Virus record (IMG/VR): IMGVR_UViG_3300032282_006037
Span: 9,609 to 73,608 of that record
DNA from: a virus
Lineage: Duplodnaviria > Caudoviricetes
Reading direction: 5' to 3' (one strand)
DNA length: 64,000 bases
The notes beneath the pieces are model-generated. The model was not told where the DNA came from and made no database searches. It saw nothing but the letters and a program-made list of their open reading frames with translations. How positions within the stretch are numbered: the stretch's first letter is position 1; every line of letters begins with the position of its first letter. Below are positions 48,738 to 58,145 of this stretch, one piece after another. Both the position numbers and the translations under genes were made by a program.

Positions 48738-49694
48738 GTGCATAGGTATCTTTATATAGCTTTAAGCTGTATTATTTTAAGCGGATGTGCCGTACTTCGT
48801 GGCACTAAAGCTAATACAGTCAGTCAAACAGCTATTATAAAAGAAGAGAAAAAGGCTTTAGATATCGATAAAGCTATTCAAAATAATTCCAATGAACAGT
48901 TAAAACAAACTGCTGCTTATGCATATGGAGTAGGATACTCATTGAATCAAGTTCAGAATCCTTCTGTTGAAGTAATAACAGCAGGCAGAATGAACGATAG
49001 AGTAGTAGCAATTGTGGGTGCTCCAAATTTAAAAGAAAGTGAAAGAATCCGCAAATTAGTTGATTATTTAAATTCAGAAATAGAAAATGAACGATCTAAA
49101 GGAGAAAAGATATTAATAGAAAAAGATAATGAAATAACCACGCTTCAAACACAAAAAAATGAATTAGAAAAGAAATATGATGCTCAAATAGAAAAATTAA
49201 TACAACAATCTAAAGAAGTAGCTAAAAAATCCGATGAAAAACAAACTACTCTAGATTCAATGAGTGGTCTTATGGGTTTAAATGCTGTATTTTGGGGACT
49301 TAAAAAATTCTTTTTTACAACATTAACTTGGATAGTTATATTTGCAATTATATTTTTAATTTTAAGAATCGCTTCAGCAACTAATCCGATAGCTGCTGCT
49401 GCATTTTCCATTTTTAATATCATAGGTTCATTTATAATTAGTTTATTTAAAACACTCACGCCTCAAGCTTTTAGTTTATGCAGTCTCGTTAAAACTAACG
49501 ATATGGTTAAATATAAAACAACATTAACTAAAATAGTTGATGTCATTCAAGAATTCAAAGTAAAAGAAGATCTAAAAGACGGCGATGAATTTAGTTTAAA
49601 TGACTTTTTAACAAAATTATCAATTGATATGGATCAATCTGATAAAAATACTGTAAATGAAATACTAGTAGAACAAAAATGGAAAAATAATTAA
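48738..49694 (+). CDS. lipoprotein with coiled coil and transmembrane segments (spanin-like candidate)
   Basis: Lipobox ILSGC, long coiled coil, hydrophobic helices at about residues 180-240; GTGTA motif at 48724. Confidence 0.6.
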   Translation: MHRYLYIALSCIILSGCAVLRGTKANTVSQTAIIKEEKKALDIDKAIQNNSNEQLKQTAAYAYGVGYSLNQVQNPSVEVITAGRMNDRVVAIVGAPNLKESERIRKLVDYLNSEIENERSKGEKILIEKDNEITTLQTQKNELEKKYDAQIEKLIQQSKEVAKKSDEKQTTLDSMSGLMGLNAVFWGLKKFFFTTLTWIVIFAIIFLILRIASATNPIAAAAFSIFNIIGSFIISLFKTLTPQAFSLCSLVKTNDMVKYKTTLTKIVDVIQEFKVKEDLKDGDEFSLNDFLTKLSIDMDQSDKNTVNEILVEQKWKNN

Positions 49695-49695
49695 T

Positions 49696-50298
49696 ATGTT
49701 TATTTTAAATTTTCTTTTAAATCATATTGGTGATATATTAAGCTTTTTAACATCAACAGGTTTAATTTATGCTTTTATATGTAAAGCAATGAAGAAATTA
49801 CAGCCTTATACAAATTTAACTGATCATGTAGAAAGTATCGGAACAGAAATAAAAGAAATTAAAAAAGAGTTAACTTATAACTCAGGAACATCTTTAAAAG
49901 ATTTAGTAAGCAATATAAAATCTGATGTCAAATCTAATACAGAATTAACCACAACTATTTTAAATAGGCAAAGATGGATGCTTGATAATAGAAGCGAACC
50001 TATTTTTGAAACAAATAAACAAGGCAAATTCACTTGGGTAAATGATTCTTTTATTAGATTAACTGATCGAGGTTTCAAAGATTTAAAAGATAATAATTGG
50101 ATTAATATTTTAGATGAAGATACAAGAAATGATATAGCAAACGATTGGTATTTAGCAGTATCAAGCAAACGAAATTTTGAACATACTGTTAAAATTATAG
50201 ATGGTAAAAACAATGTTTTTCAAGCGAAAATAGTAGCTCACAGACAGGAAGACGGTAATTATATAGGAACATTAAATAATATAATTAAACATAATTAA
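49696..50298 (+). CDS. membrane protein with N-terminal TM, coiled coil and PAS domain (holin-like candidate)
   Basis: PIFETN..G..TWVN..F..LT......L....W...L...D PAS pattern; NSGTSLKD linker. Confidence 0.65.
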   Translation: MFILNFLLNHIGDILSFLTSTGLIYAFICKAMKKLQPYTNLTDHVESIGTEIKEIKKELTYNSGTSLKDLVSNIKSDVKSNTELTTTILNRQRWMLDNRSEPIFETNKQGKFTWVNDSFIRLTDRGFKDLKDNNWINILDEDTRNDIANDWYLAVSSKRNFEHTVKIIDGKNNVFQAKIVAHRQEDGNYIGTLNNIIKHN

Positions 50299-50340
50299 CA
50301 AAAAGCTTGTATTTTTCATTAGGCATGATATATTGCGCCT

Positions 50341-50934
50341 ATGTCAGGTTATGCTAATCAGATAACCACATTATTATTAGATAATTCTTTTTTACCCTAT
50401 TCGTTTTTAACAGGGCGAGCCGCATTCATTCATTTAATTAAAAATAATATTAAATGTTTTGATGCATCAGAAAATATAATAGATAATAATTTTGAATGGT
50501 TTAGAAACGAAGGGCTTTCATTCTATGAAGATCAGCCTTTTTTAACTTCAAAAGATAAGATTTGGTTTATTCCGACCATTGCAGTTATCAAGAAAAGTTT
50601 TTTCTATAATAGAAAAAGAACGCCACGCACTCTAAATATTCAAAAATTATGTTTAATTTTTGATTATACTTGTCAAATTTGCTATGAGAGATTTGATAAA
50701 AGCCAGCTAACAATCGAACATCTATTTCCTAAAAGCAAAGGCGGAACAAAAGAATTAGAAAACATTACTTTAACTTGTCATAAATGTAATCAGATTAAAA
50801 AAGATATATATCCTTTCTTGAATGTTAAGAATGAAGCTATATCATCTGTACCAATGCCAATACCAGTTCTTCCTACTAAACCCACCAAGATAAGAGAAGA
50901 ATGGCGTAAATACTTTCTATATAAGAAATTATAG
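50341..50934 (+). CDS. HNH endonuclease
   Basis: CQIC, TIEHLFPKSKGG and NITLTCHKCN motifs. Confidence 0.85.
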   Translation: MSGYANQITTLLLDNSFLPYSFLTGRAAFIHLIKNNIKCFDASENIIDNNFEWFRNEGLSFYEDQPFLTSKDKIWFIPTIAVIKKSFFYNRKRTPRTLNIQKLCLIFDYTCQICYERFDKSQLTIEHLFPKSKGGTKELENITLTCHKCNQIKKDIYPFLNVKNEAISSVPMPIPVLPTKPTKIREEWRKYFLYKKL

Positions 50935-50935
50935 T

Positions 50936-51121
50936 ATGAATATTTCAGAATTCGAAAGAACAAAACCCACAATCACATTAAAGAAAATTAATAATTTAAT
51001 TTCTTTGATTGATGATGAAAGAGAAAAAACAGAAAATCTCTATAAAGATAGAGTTAAAAGCTTAGAAAAAATTAACGATATGCTTAAAGACTTGAAGAAT
51101 AGTTTCAAAAAGGGCGAATAG
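50936..51121 (+). CDS. hypothetical coiled-coil protein
   Basis: 61 aa ORF within the operon. Confidence 0.55.
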   Translation: MNISEFERTKPTITLKKINNLISLIDDEREKTENLYKDRVKSLEKINDMLKDLKNSFKKGE

Positions 51122-51774
51122 TGAGCTATCTTCAAGCAAATATACCAATACAATCTGCTTATCTTGATAAATCATTTTTGAAAAATGAAGAGGCTGGTAC
51201 GATTGATGAATATTTGCCTGTTGAGATATTTTCTGTAACATCGATTCCAAGAAGATGTTTATTATTTAATGTAATGAGTGAATACGGTGCTCAATTTACA
51301 AGAGTGCCAATTCAATATTTAAAAAATAAATTAAATTGCGCAACTGTTTATCCATTAGATTGGATACAATTGTGGGATAGCTTCAGTTATTATTTCAACA
51401 TAACAAGATTTGAATATCTAAAAAATAGTAATGCTTATATAATTCTAAAGAATAAAGAAAAAATTGTATGCAAATATGCTTTTACTATTGATTGGTGCAA
51501 TAGTGAAGAATACAATTTAGGTTATTCAGAAGTTCAAGGCGGTCATAAATTAGCTCATGTATTTTGGGGCGAAAATGGACAAATGTTCGCTCAACCTAGT
51601 AATAGATGTTTATTCAGAGATTCTGGCGCTTGGATTTCTAAAAAGTTACCTGATGATTTTAAAACGTGGAAAGTTTTCTCAAAAGAATTTACTTGTGAAG
51701 GAAACGCATATAAATGGACTGCTGGTGATGATGAACTAATGTTTTATGAATTTGACAGAGACAAGATTAACTAA
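51121..51774 (+). CDS. conserved phage hypothetical protein
   Basis: YL.ANIP, Q.WD.FSY, Y.FTIDW, HK..H and QP.NR motifs. Confidence 0.65.
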   Translation: MSYLQANIPIQSAYLDKSFLKNEEAGTIDEYLPVEIFSVTSIPRRCLLFNVMSEYGAQFTRVPIQYLKNKLNCATVYPLDWIQLWDSFSYYFNITRFEYLKNSNAYIILKNKEKIVCKYAFTIDWCNSEEYNLGYSEVQGGHKLAHVFWGENGQMFAQPSNRCLFRDSGAWISKKLPDDFKTWKVFSKEFTCEGNAYKWTAGDDELMFYEFDRDKIN

Positions 51775-52249
51775 ATCAGAATATGGTTGTTATCTAGCCT
51801 TAGCTGCTAGATCAAGATCAGAAGATCCACATACTCAAGTTGGAACAGTGCTTTTTGATGAAGATTGGCGAACTGTTTCAACTGGTTTCAATGGTTTTGC
51901 TCCTCAATTAATACCACATGATGATATAATTCAAAATAGACCATTAAAGTCTGATTTGATTAATCATGCTGAAATAAATGCTATTTTATATTCTTCTCGT
52001 CAACCGTATTATGCTTGCATGGTTTATAGCCCATGCATTCATTGCGCCAAAACAATCGCGGCTTCTAAAATAAAAGAAATTTATTTTCTCAAGCAATATA
52101 GAAAGTCCAATAGTGAAACGCTTGATGTCAAATATATAGATATTTTTAATTTTTCAGGAATAAAATATAATCAACTATCTATTGATAGTTTAAATAAGAT
52201 TTTATTTTGGATAGATAAGGATAAAGAATTTATCAAATCTTTAATATGA
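51746..52249 (+). CDS. dCMP deaminase
   Basis: RS.DP.TQVG, GFNG, HAEINA and SPCIHC motifs. Confidence 0.9.
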   Translation: MNLTETRLTKSEYGCYLALAARSRSEDPHTQVGTVLFDEDWRTVSTGFNGFAPQLIPHDDIIQNRPLKSDLINHAEINAILYSSRQPYYACMVYSPCIHCAKTIAASKIKEIYFLKQYRKSNSETLDVKYIDIFNFSGIKYNQLSIDSLNKILFWIDKDKEFIKSLI

Positions 52250-52437
52250 CGGCCAAAAATTTATATTTAAAAACAGGAAAATTTTTAAAGGATGAATCAA
52301 ATAAAATAATGCGTAAACTTATTCATTCAAAAGATAAAAAAACTTTAAATCAAGCTAGAAAAGAATTAGCCGCAATACGACGACGAATAGCTATCGAAAT
52401 CGAACTGCTAGAGAAGTTTAGTGAAGAAAATGATTGA
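52246..52437 (+). CDS. hypothetical protein
   Basis: 63 aa ORF overlapping the upstream stop. Confidence 0.55.
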   Translation: MTAKNLYLKTGKFLKDESNKIMRKLIHSKDKKTLNQARKELAAIRRRIAIEIELLEKFSEEND

Positions 52438-52461
52438 CACGACATAGGTTTCTGATATTAT
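52434..52461 (+). promoter_or_regulatory. sigma70-like promoter
   Basis: TTGACA-16 nt-TATTAT with a TG extension. Confidence 0.55.
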
Positions 52462-52485
52462 TGGCCTCGTTAGCGTTACAACTAT

Positions 52486-52827
52486 ATGAATACTATGAAT
52501 ACTATGAATAATAATGAAAAGCAGAGTGACTGGAAGAAAAGAGAAAAAGGCGCTTTTTGGAAAAAAACAAAAGGAAGCACCACTTATTTGACAGGTTATC
52601 TTACAATAATCGATCCTTTTGGAAATGTAATTAAAGAGCGTGTGATTATGTTTTCAAACAAAACAAAGACTAACGAAAACGCTCCTGATTTTATTCTATA
52701 TAAATCTGAAGATCAAAATACAGAAAATGAGCCAAAGGCTGTCGCTGCAAAGCCAAAGCCTGTAAAGAAGGAAGTTAAGCAGCCGGAACCATCAAATGAT
52801 GATGAGATTCCTGAAATCACAGATTAA
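52486..52827 (+). CDS. DUF736-like putative ssDNA-binding protein
   Basis: GAFWKK...YLTG and N..K...APDF motifs; acidic tail DDEIPE. Confidence 0.55.
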   Translation: MNTMNTMNNNEKQSDWKKREKGAFWKKTKGSTTYLTGYLTIIDPFGNVIKERVIMFSNKTKTNENAPDFILYKSEDQNTENEPKAVAAKPKPVKKEVKQPEPSNDDEIPEITD

Positions 52828-52833
52828 GTAGTT

Positions 52834-52857
52834 AACCCCCAGAAATGGGGGTTTTTT
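52834..52857 (+). terminator. intrinsic terminator
   Basis: aaccccca-gaaa-tgggggtt followed by a T run. Confidence 0.8.
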
Positions 52858-53328
52858 ATGATCAAAATCGAAAACTATAAATTGTTTGTTAACTCAAAAG
52901 ATTTTGAATATCTAATAAAAAAAGCTGAAATAGAATTAGCAGGTAGTAAATTACCATATTCAGAATCTTTAAAAAAATATCTTAAAAAATGTATAAATGA
53001 TGAATCAATATTAATATTATATGAAAATGATTTGCCTATTGGTTTTTATATTATATATATTAACAATAGAAGAGTTGAGTTAAGTTTTACTTATATAATA
53101 TCTCAATATCGGAATAAAGGTTACAGCCATGAATTACGAATAGCTGCAATCGAAAAGTTCAAAGACAAATACGATAAAATTGAAACTTACATATTAAAAA
53201 ACAATATAGCATCGCTAAAAGGACTCGAAAAACTTTTAGAAATATATAAACCTCAATATGAAAAAAAACAAATTGTTGATCAATTCGGGAACCAATCATA
53301 TCACTTTATCATACAAGGATTTAAATAA
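52858..53328 (+). CDS. GNAT acetyltransferase
   Basis: YI...YRNKGY and N.AS motifs. Confidence 0.75.
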   Translation: MIKIENYKLFVNSKDFEYLIKKAEIELAGSKLPYSESLKKYLKKCINDESILILYENDLPIGFYIIYINNRRVELSFTYIISQYRNKGYSHELRIAAIEKFKDKYDKIETYILKNNIASLKGLEKLLEIYKPQYEKKQIVDQFGNQSYHFIIQGFK

Positions 53329-53950
53329 ATCGTTTAATGATTTTGCAATAGATAAATTAAGCAGTAAAAAGTTAACAAAAAACGAGAAAAAACTATTGAA
53401 TTTTATTTTAAATATTTTGCATACATATGATATAAACGAATTGATGCCAGCTAGTTCAATGATCGCTTTTATGATGGGAGGTTGCGGTTTAGATTATCCA
53501 CAGGTATTATCTTCAGCCATAAATTCTTTTGGCGGCAATCATTTTTGTTTTACAAAGATGGCCGAATTCATGATTAATAATTTTACCACTCATGAGGATT
53601 ATTATCCCGGTTTTGGACATCCAATATTTAAAGATAAAGATCCAAGAGTTGAAGCTATTTTGCAGAAAATGAAATCATTAAACATTAAAAGTTCAACAGT
53701 TGATAAATGTTTAAATTTTTCAAAACAAAAAAAATTAATTTTAAATATAGGTGGTATTTCTGTTGCTGTATTATTAGATCTAGGTTTTGATAAATATACG
53801 GTTAATTATTTTCCTATTATTTCTAGAATGCTTGGAATAACTCTTATTTATAAAAAAATAAAACAAAACAAATTAAGATTTGCTACATCTTTAGATAATA
53901 TAGATAAATATAAAAATTTATTTCAGCATTCAAGCCTTGACAACACTTAA
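53258..53950 (+). CDS. citrate synthase / citryl-CoA lyase-like protein (degenerate)
   Basis: FGGNH, PGFGHP.FK.KDPR, LNIGG and SR..G motifs. Confidence 0.7.
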   Translation: MKKNKLLINSGTNHITLSYKDLNKSFNDFAIDKLSSKKLTKNEKKLLNFILNILHTYDINELMPASSMIAFMMGGCGLDYPQVLSSAINSFGGNHFCFTKMAEFMINNFTTHEDYYPGFGHPIFKDKDPRVEAILQKMKSLNIKSSTVDKCLNFSKQKKLILNIGGISVAVLLDLGFDKYTVNYFPIISRMLGITLIYKKIKQNKLRFATSLDNIDKYKNLFQHSSLDNT

Positions 53951-53965
53951 CTTCCTTGATAAGGT
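53937..53965 (+). promoter_or_regulatory. sigma70-like promoter for uvsE
   Basis: TTGACA-17 nt-TAAGGT with a TG extension; ATG at 53974. Confidence 0.55.
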
Positions 53966-53973
53966 TCACACCT

Positions 53974-54924
53974 ATGAAGCTTGGACTAGTTTGTATCTCT
54001 GAACTTTTGCGCGAAAAATCTCCTGAGTTGAAGTTCAAAACCATGACTCGCACTCAATTCCTTAAAAAGGATAGAGAAGAGTCTATACAAGAACTTTCGC
54101 GTCGAATTTCACACAATCTAACTGTTACAATTGAAACAATTAAACACTGCAAAGAGATAGGAATCAAACACTATCGTATTTCTTGCAAATTGTTTCCTCT
54201 TATAACTGATCCAACTCTCAAACTCGATCTAAGTCTTTTCCCTTATTTCAATGTAATTGAGCAAAAGCTAATTGAAATTGGCAGAACTGCCAAGGAATTG
54301 AACATATCTGTTTCAGTACATCCTGATCAGTTTGTTGTGCTTGGTTCTGAATCAGATGATATTTGTGCTAATTCTATACGCGAATTAAATTTTCATGCTT
54401 GGGTGTTAGATATGATGCGTATGCCACAAGATTTTACTTGTCCAATTAATATTCATCCTAGTTTGTCAAATTTTTCTAGTGCTGAGAATTTTGTTAAGAA
54501 GTTTATTCTTAACTTTTTTCAATGTGATATTGGTGTCAGAAACCGTTTAGTATTAGAAAACGAAGATAAAGGGTTTTGGAATTGTTCTAATCTTTATGAG
54601 TATTTTCATCTATTCATGAAAGCTGCATATACATTTCATATTCCATTGACTTTAGATAATTTACATGATGAATGTAATCCCAGTTACGATCCAGAAGGTA
54701 AGGTTATTCCTTATCAAAAACATTATATGAAATTTTATCAAACTTGGCCTGTTCCTCCTGTATTTCATTGGAGCGAAGGGATCAATGGAACGCTTAAACA
54801 TGCAGATAAACTAACAATTCCTCCCCCAGACATGGGATTAGATTGTACTTACGAGATTGAAGTAAAAAAGAAAGATAAAGGATTCGTACAATTTCTCCCC
54901 AAAAAATCAGCTATTGCTATTTAA
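53974..54924 (+). CDS. uvsE: UV damage endonuclease UvsE/UVDE
   Basis: LGLVC, YRIS, HPDQF, NIH, LENED, D..H, HWSE, HAD and E.K.KD motifs. Confidence 0.9.
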   Translation: MKLGLVCISELLREKSPELKFKTMTRTQFLKKDREESIQELSRRISHNLTVTIETIKHCKEIGIKHYRISCKLFPLITDPTLKLDLSLFPYFNVIEQKLIEIGRTAKELNISVSVHPDQFVVLGSESDDICANSIRELNFHAWVLDMMRMPQDFTCPINIHPSLSNFSSAENFVKKFILNFFQCDIGVRNRLVLENEDKGFWNCSNLYEYFHLFMKAAYTFHIPLTLDNLHDECNPSYDPEGKVIPYQKHYMKFYQTWPVPPVFHWSEGINGTLKHADKLTIPPPDMGLDCTYEIEVKKKDKGFVQFLPKKSAIAI

Positions 54925-54953
54925 AATGTTTAACATTTATATATTATTATATA

Positions 54954-55133
54954 ATGAAAAACGTTACAATTAAGATTGGCGATGATGATTTAACTGATTT
55001 AGCTAATATTTTCAAAAATGAAGCTTCTTTTAAACCAATGACAAAAGAAGATCATTTGATTATTCAGATTCTGAAACAAGTTTTGAATAATCCGAAGAAT
55101 GAAATCATAGAAGCTGAAATAGTTAACTCATGA
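54954..55133 (+). CDS. 59-aa hypothetical protein (not in ORF track)
   Basis: MKNVTIKIGDDDL...; ATGA overlap with the next gene. Confidence 0.6.
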   Translation: MKNVTIKIGDDDLTDLANIFKNEASFKPMTKEDHLIIQILKQVLNNPKNEIIEAEIVNS

Positions 55134-55408
55134 AAGCAAAATTAAATGTTGTTGGTACAAATGAAGGTGGAGCTTTTTTAAAAGATTATCAAGATCAAAT
55201 TGTCAATATAGAAAGCTTATATAAAGATATTGAAGCTAATGCTCCGCCACTTGGAATATTAAGAACAGAAAATAATAAGCAATTTAGCATTCAATTAATA
55301 GATGTTCGATTTATTCAAGAGTCTATTTATATTCAATGTTTTGTTATGAAGGAAGACGATAGTAAAGGCGGTAAGGTACTTATTCAATTAAAGCCTATCG
55401 GTGAATAA
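55130..55408 (+). CDS. hypothetical protein
   Basis: ORF in a tightly packed operon. Confidence 0.6.
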   Translation: MKAKLNVVGTNEGGAFLKDYQDQIVNIESLYKDIEANAPPLGILRTENNKQFSIQLIDVRFIQESIYIQCFVMKEDDSKGGKVLIQLKPIGE

Positions 55409-55708
55409 ATGTATCCAGAAATCAAGAGTGTTTTTGAGAAATATGATGATCATGTTTTTATAGTATCTGTCAAAATTGACGATATAAAAGCTTATGACGG
55501 TTTAGACTGTTTAAAAAATATAATGTTTCTCGATATTATATCAGATTCATTATCAGACGATCAAATTAAATATATTTTAAATGATGATTTCAAATATGAA
55601 GTTGCAAAACAACTTCTTTTAGAGAATTTACGATTTTATAAATTACAAGAATCTCTAATATTAGTTTTGAAAATAAATAAACTCCCCGAAATAACAGAAA
55701 ACTCTTGA
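55409..55708 (+). CDS. hypothetical protein
   Basis: ORF abutting the upstream stop. Confidence 0.55.
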   Translation: MYPEIKSVFEKYDDHVFIVSVKIDDIKAYDGLDCLKNIMFLDIISDSLSDDQIKYILNDDFKYEVAKQLLLENLRFYKLQESLILVLKINKLPEITENS

Positions 55709-55733
55709 CTTTAACATAAACACGCAATATACT
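55705..55733 (+). promoter_or_regulatory. sigma70-like promoter
   Basis: TTGACT-17 nt-TATACT; palindrome tttgtac-gatt-gtacaaa just downstream at 55744-55761. Confidence 0.6.
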
Positions 55734-55779
55734 TTACCCGAATTTTGTACGATTGTACAAATACATAAAAACTAAATAT

Positions 55780-56040
55780 ATGAATGAGACTGCTACTATT
55801 ACTCAACCTGTTGTCTTGTTGAATGCTATCACCAAGGCAACGCCTGAACAAATCGACACGCTGTGGTCGATTCTAAAATATAAGGAAATCGGTATCTATC
55901 GAAAGATAAAGTGCATGAGTTCTGTGCTTGGTTTGAATTTTGATTCAGTAGTTACTGATCTTCCAAAAGATGAAAATGGCAGAATTCTAGATTTTAAGAC
56001 TCGCCATTTGATTCATGACGTTCTAATCAAGAATTCCTAA
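55780..56040 (+). CDS. hypothetical protein
   Basis: ORF downstream of the promoter. Confidence 0.6.
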   Translation: MNETATITQPVVLLNAITKATPEQIDTLWSILKYKEIGIYRKIKCMSSVLGLNFDSVVTDLPKDENGRILDFKTRHLIHDVLIKNS

Positions 56041-56042
56041 TA

Positions 56043-56234
56043 ATGAATAAAAGATATATTGTTCGAGATAAGGACGGTGCGTATCAGTCTGCTTATAATC
56101 TATCCTTCGGTAAGGATAAAGCTTATAACTGGGCTTTGCAATGCGCCAAATCTATCAATGGGATAATTTATTATTCAGAAGGAGAAAACACAAAAGAACA
56201 AGAGGTGTATAGGGCACCTGATCCTAAAAAGTAG
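56043..56234 (+). CDS. hypothetical protein
   Basis: 63 aa ORF. Confidence 0.55.
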   Translation: MNKRYIVRDKDGAYQSAYNLSFGKDKAYNWALQCAKSINGIIYYSEGENTKEQEVYRAPDPKK

Positions 56235-56289
56235 AAGTAGAACTAGGAAGGTTTGCGGTCATCCTTAAAACCGCTTTTGTTTTATTCAA

Positions 56290-56436
56290 ATGAAGAAGTG
56301 TGATATCTGCCATAATGAGACGACTTTATTAGAAGATCTTGAATATTGTTCTATATGCACAGATTGTTTAATAGAAATTGAAGATACAAATAAGCAAGAC
56401 GATCTGTTTAAAGATATAAAAATAAATGAAGAATAA
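56290..56436 (+). CDS. 48-aa CxxC...CxxC zinc-finger peptide (not in ORF track)
   Basis: MKKCDICHNE...CSICTDC...; ends at the terminator. Confidence 0.5.
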   Translation: MKKCDICHNETTLLEDLEYCSICTDCLIEIEDTNKQDDLFKDIKINEE

Positions 56437-56467
56437 AAAGCCCCGCAATCGCGGGGTTTTGTTTTTT
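56437..56467. terminator. bidirectional terminator between convergent genes
   Basis: ccccgc-aatc-gcgggg stem flanked by A and T tracts. Confidence 0.75.
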
Positions 56468-56657
56468 ATTTATTATTTTCTTTCTTCGGATGATCAGAAT
56501 GATTTGGATGTACTTTTCTAGGACCATGACGCTTCTTGCGCTTTCCTTCTTGTTTTTGTTCTTTATTTGGTTTCTTATTTTCTTGATTTTGTTTAGATTC
56601 GTCAGCGAATAGATTCACTGAAAAGAATAGTGCGATTATAAATATGATATATTTCAT
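56466..56657 (-). CDS. small exported basic protein
   Basis: Signal peptide MKYIIFIIALFFSVNLFA followed by a Lys/His-rich tail. Confidence 0.6.
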   Translation of the reverse strand: MKYIIFIIALFFSVNLFADESKQNQENKKPNKEQKQEGKRKKRHGPRKVHPNHSDHPKKENNK

Positions 56658-56717
56658 ATAATATATTATACATTGTTATTCTATAAAAAGAAAAACTTTT
56701 ACAATTCCTTTACAAAA

Positions 56718-58145
56718 ATGTTAGAAAATAAATTAGATTCATCATTAATTCCTCCTAGAAAATTAAATAATGGAACTGTAGTTTATGCACATAAAGATAA
56801 TGTATTAGATGAAAAAATTATATCTTGTTTCTATGGTATCTATCCTATTGAAAAAAAGGATAATCAAGAAGGCAAATGGTTTTCAGATGTTGTTGAATTA
56901 AAAGTACATGATAATAAAAAATATGATTTTTTAATTATTAAATCAAATAATTTAAATAGCAGAAAACAAATTTCTATTTTTATTCAAAGTAAAAACGTTT
57001 TAGAATCGACTTTATTTTTTAAAAAAATATATGAATTGAATGATACAATTGAATTAACCATTCCATTGCAAAATATTGACAAAATTAAAATAACTACAAC
57101 TATTTATAGTTTTGAAGATGAAAAGATTAATGAAGATTATAGAAAATTAGCATTTTTTGTAAAAGAATTTATATATAGCAAAAATGAAGTTGAATTTAAA
57201 CAACCAATTGAATATTTAAAAGATGTTGAATTTGATTCGTTTGAACCAATAAAACTAAAAAATATATCAATTTTTGAACAAAATAAAAATGTTTCTATCG
57301 TTCCATTAAAATATAATGAAAGAAATTTATATTTCAATTCGTGCATTTTTGAATTTAAAAATAAAAAATATTTACTAACAAGACATTCTTCATTTATTTC
57401 TAAAAATATAGCTAATAACACATTAAAGCTATTTGATTACGACACTTTATCTGAGATAGATTTACAAATCAAAGATGAAGTTTTATTTGAGCAATATGAA
57501 GACCCTAGAGTTTTAGTATATAATAATAAAATATATATTAGTTGTGTTAATTATATACATGAAAAAAATCATTTAATACATCAAAAAATTTTAGTGCTCA
57601 ATGAAAATTTTGAACACATTAATAGTATACATCCTGTTTATGGACATAATGGTAAATCAATAATTGAGAATTCAGGAAGAGAAAAGAATTGGACATATTT
57701 TATTTATGAAAATAAATTATATTGTGTTTATACTATTGATCCTCATGTAGTAATTGAGTTTGACTGGAATGGAAATGTAGTTTCAAAATATGTAACTTAC
57801 TTTAACTGTAAAAATATTTGGAAATATGGATATTGCAGAGGCGGCACAAATCCCATTTATAAAGATGGATACATGCATTCATTCTTTCATAGTAGTATTC
57901 CTTGTAATAAAACAAGAAGAAAATATATAATGGGATATTATAAATTTGAAGCAAAACCTCCTTTCAATATTGTTGAAATAAATGAAAATCCAATTTTATG
58001 GGGCAACGAAATTGATGATTTTATCTTAAAAGAAATTAATCCACCTGTTATTTTTCCATGTGGAGCAGTACTTGATAATAATCAATTTATAATTAGTTAC
58101 GGTGTAAATGATGAAAAAACAGGAATATTAAATTATGAAAAATAA
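56718..58145 (+). CDS. GH130-like five-bladed beta-propeller glycosidase/phosphorylase domain protein
   Basis: FN, EDPR, EKNW, RGGT, IFPCG and ISYGVND motifs. The ORF is open from 56673. Confidence 0.65.
   Translation: MLENKLDSSLIPPRKLNNGTVVYAHKDNVLDEKIISCFYGIYPIEKKDNQEGKWFSDVVELKVHDNKKYDFLIIKSNNLNSRKQISIFIQSKNVLESTLFFKKIYELNDTIELTIPLQNIDKIKITTTIYSFEDEKINEDYRKLAFFVKEFIYSKNEVEFKQPIEYLKDVEFDSFEPIKLKNISIFEQNKNVSIVPLKYNERNLYFNSCIFEFKNKKYLLTRHSSFISKNIANNTLKLFDYDTLSEIDLQIKDEVLFEQYEDPRVLVYNNKIYISCVNYIHEKNHLIHQKILVLNENFEHINSIHPVYGHNGKSIIENSGREKNWTYFIYENKLYCVYTIDPHVVIEFDWNGNVVSKYVTYFNCKNIWKYGYCRGGTNPIYKDGYMHSFFHSSIPCNKTRRKYIMGYYKFEAKPPFNIVEINENPILWGNEIDDFILKEINPPVIFPCGAVLDNNQFIISYGVNDEKTGILNYEK

Noticed and set aside
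52481-52509. Tandem 9-nt repeat (actatgaat x3) encoding MNTMNTMN
   Set aside because: A short in-frame slippage duplication at a start codon, with no evidence of function.
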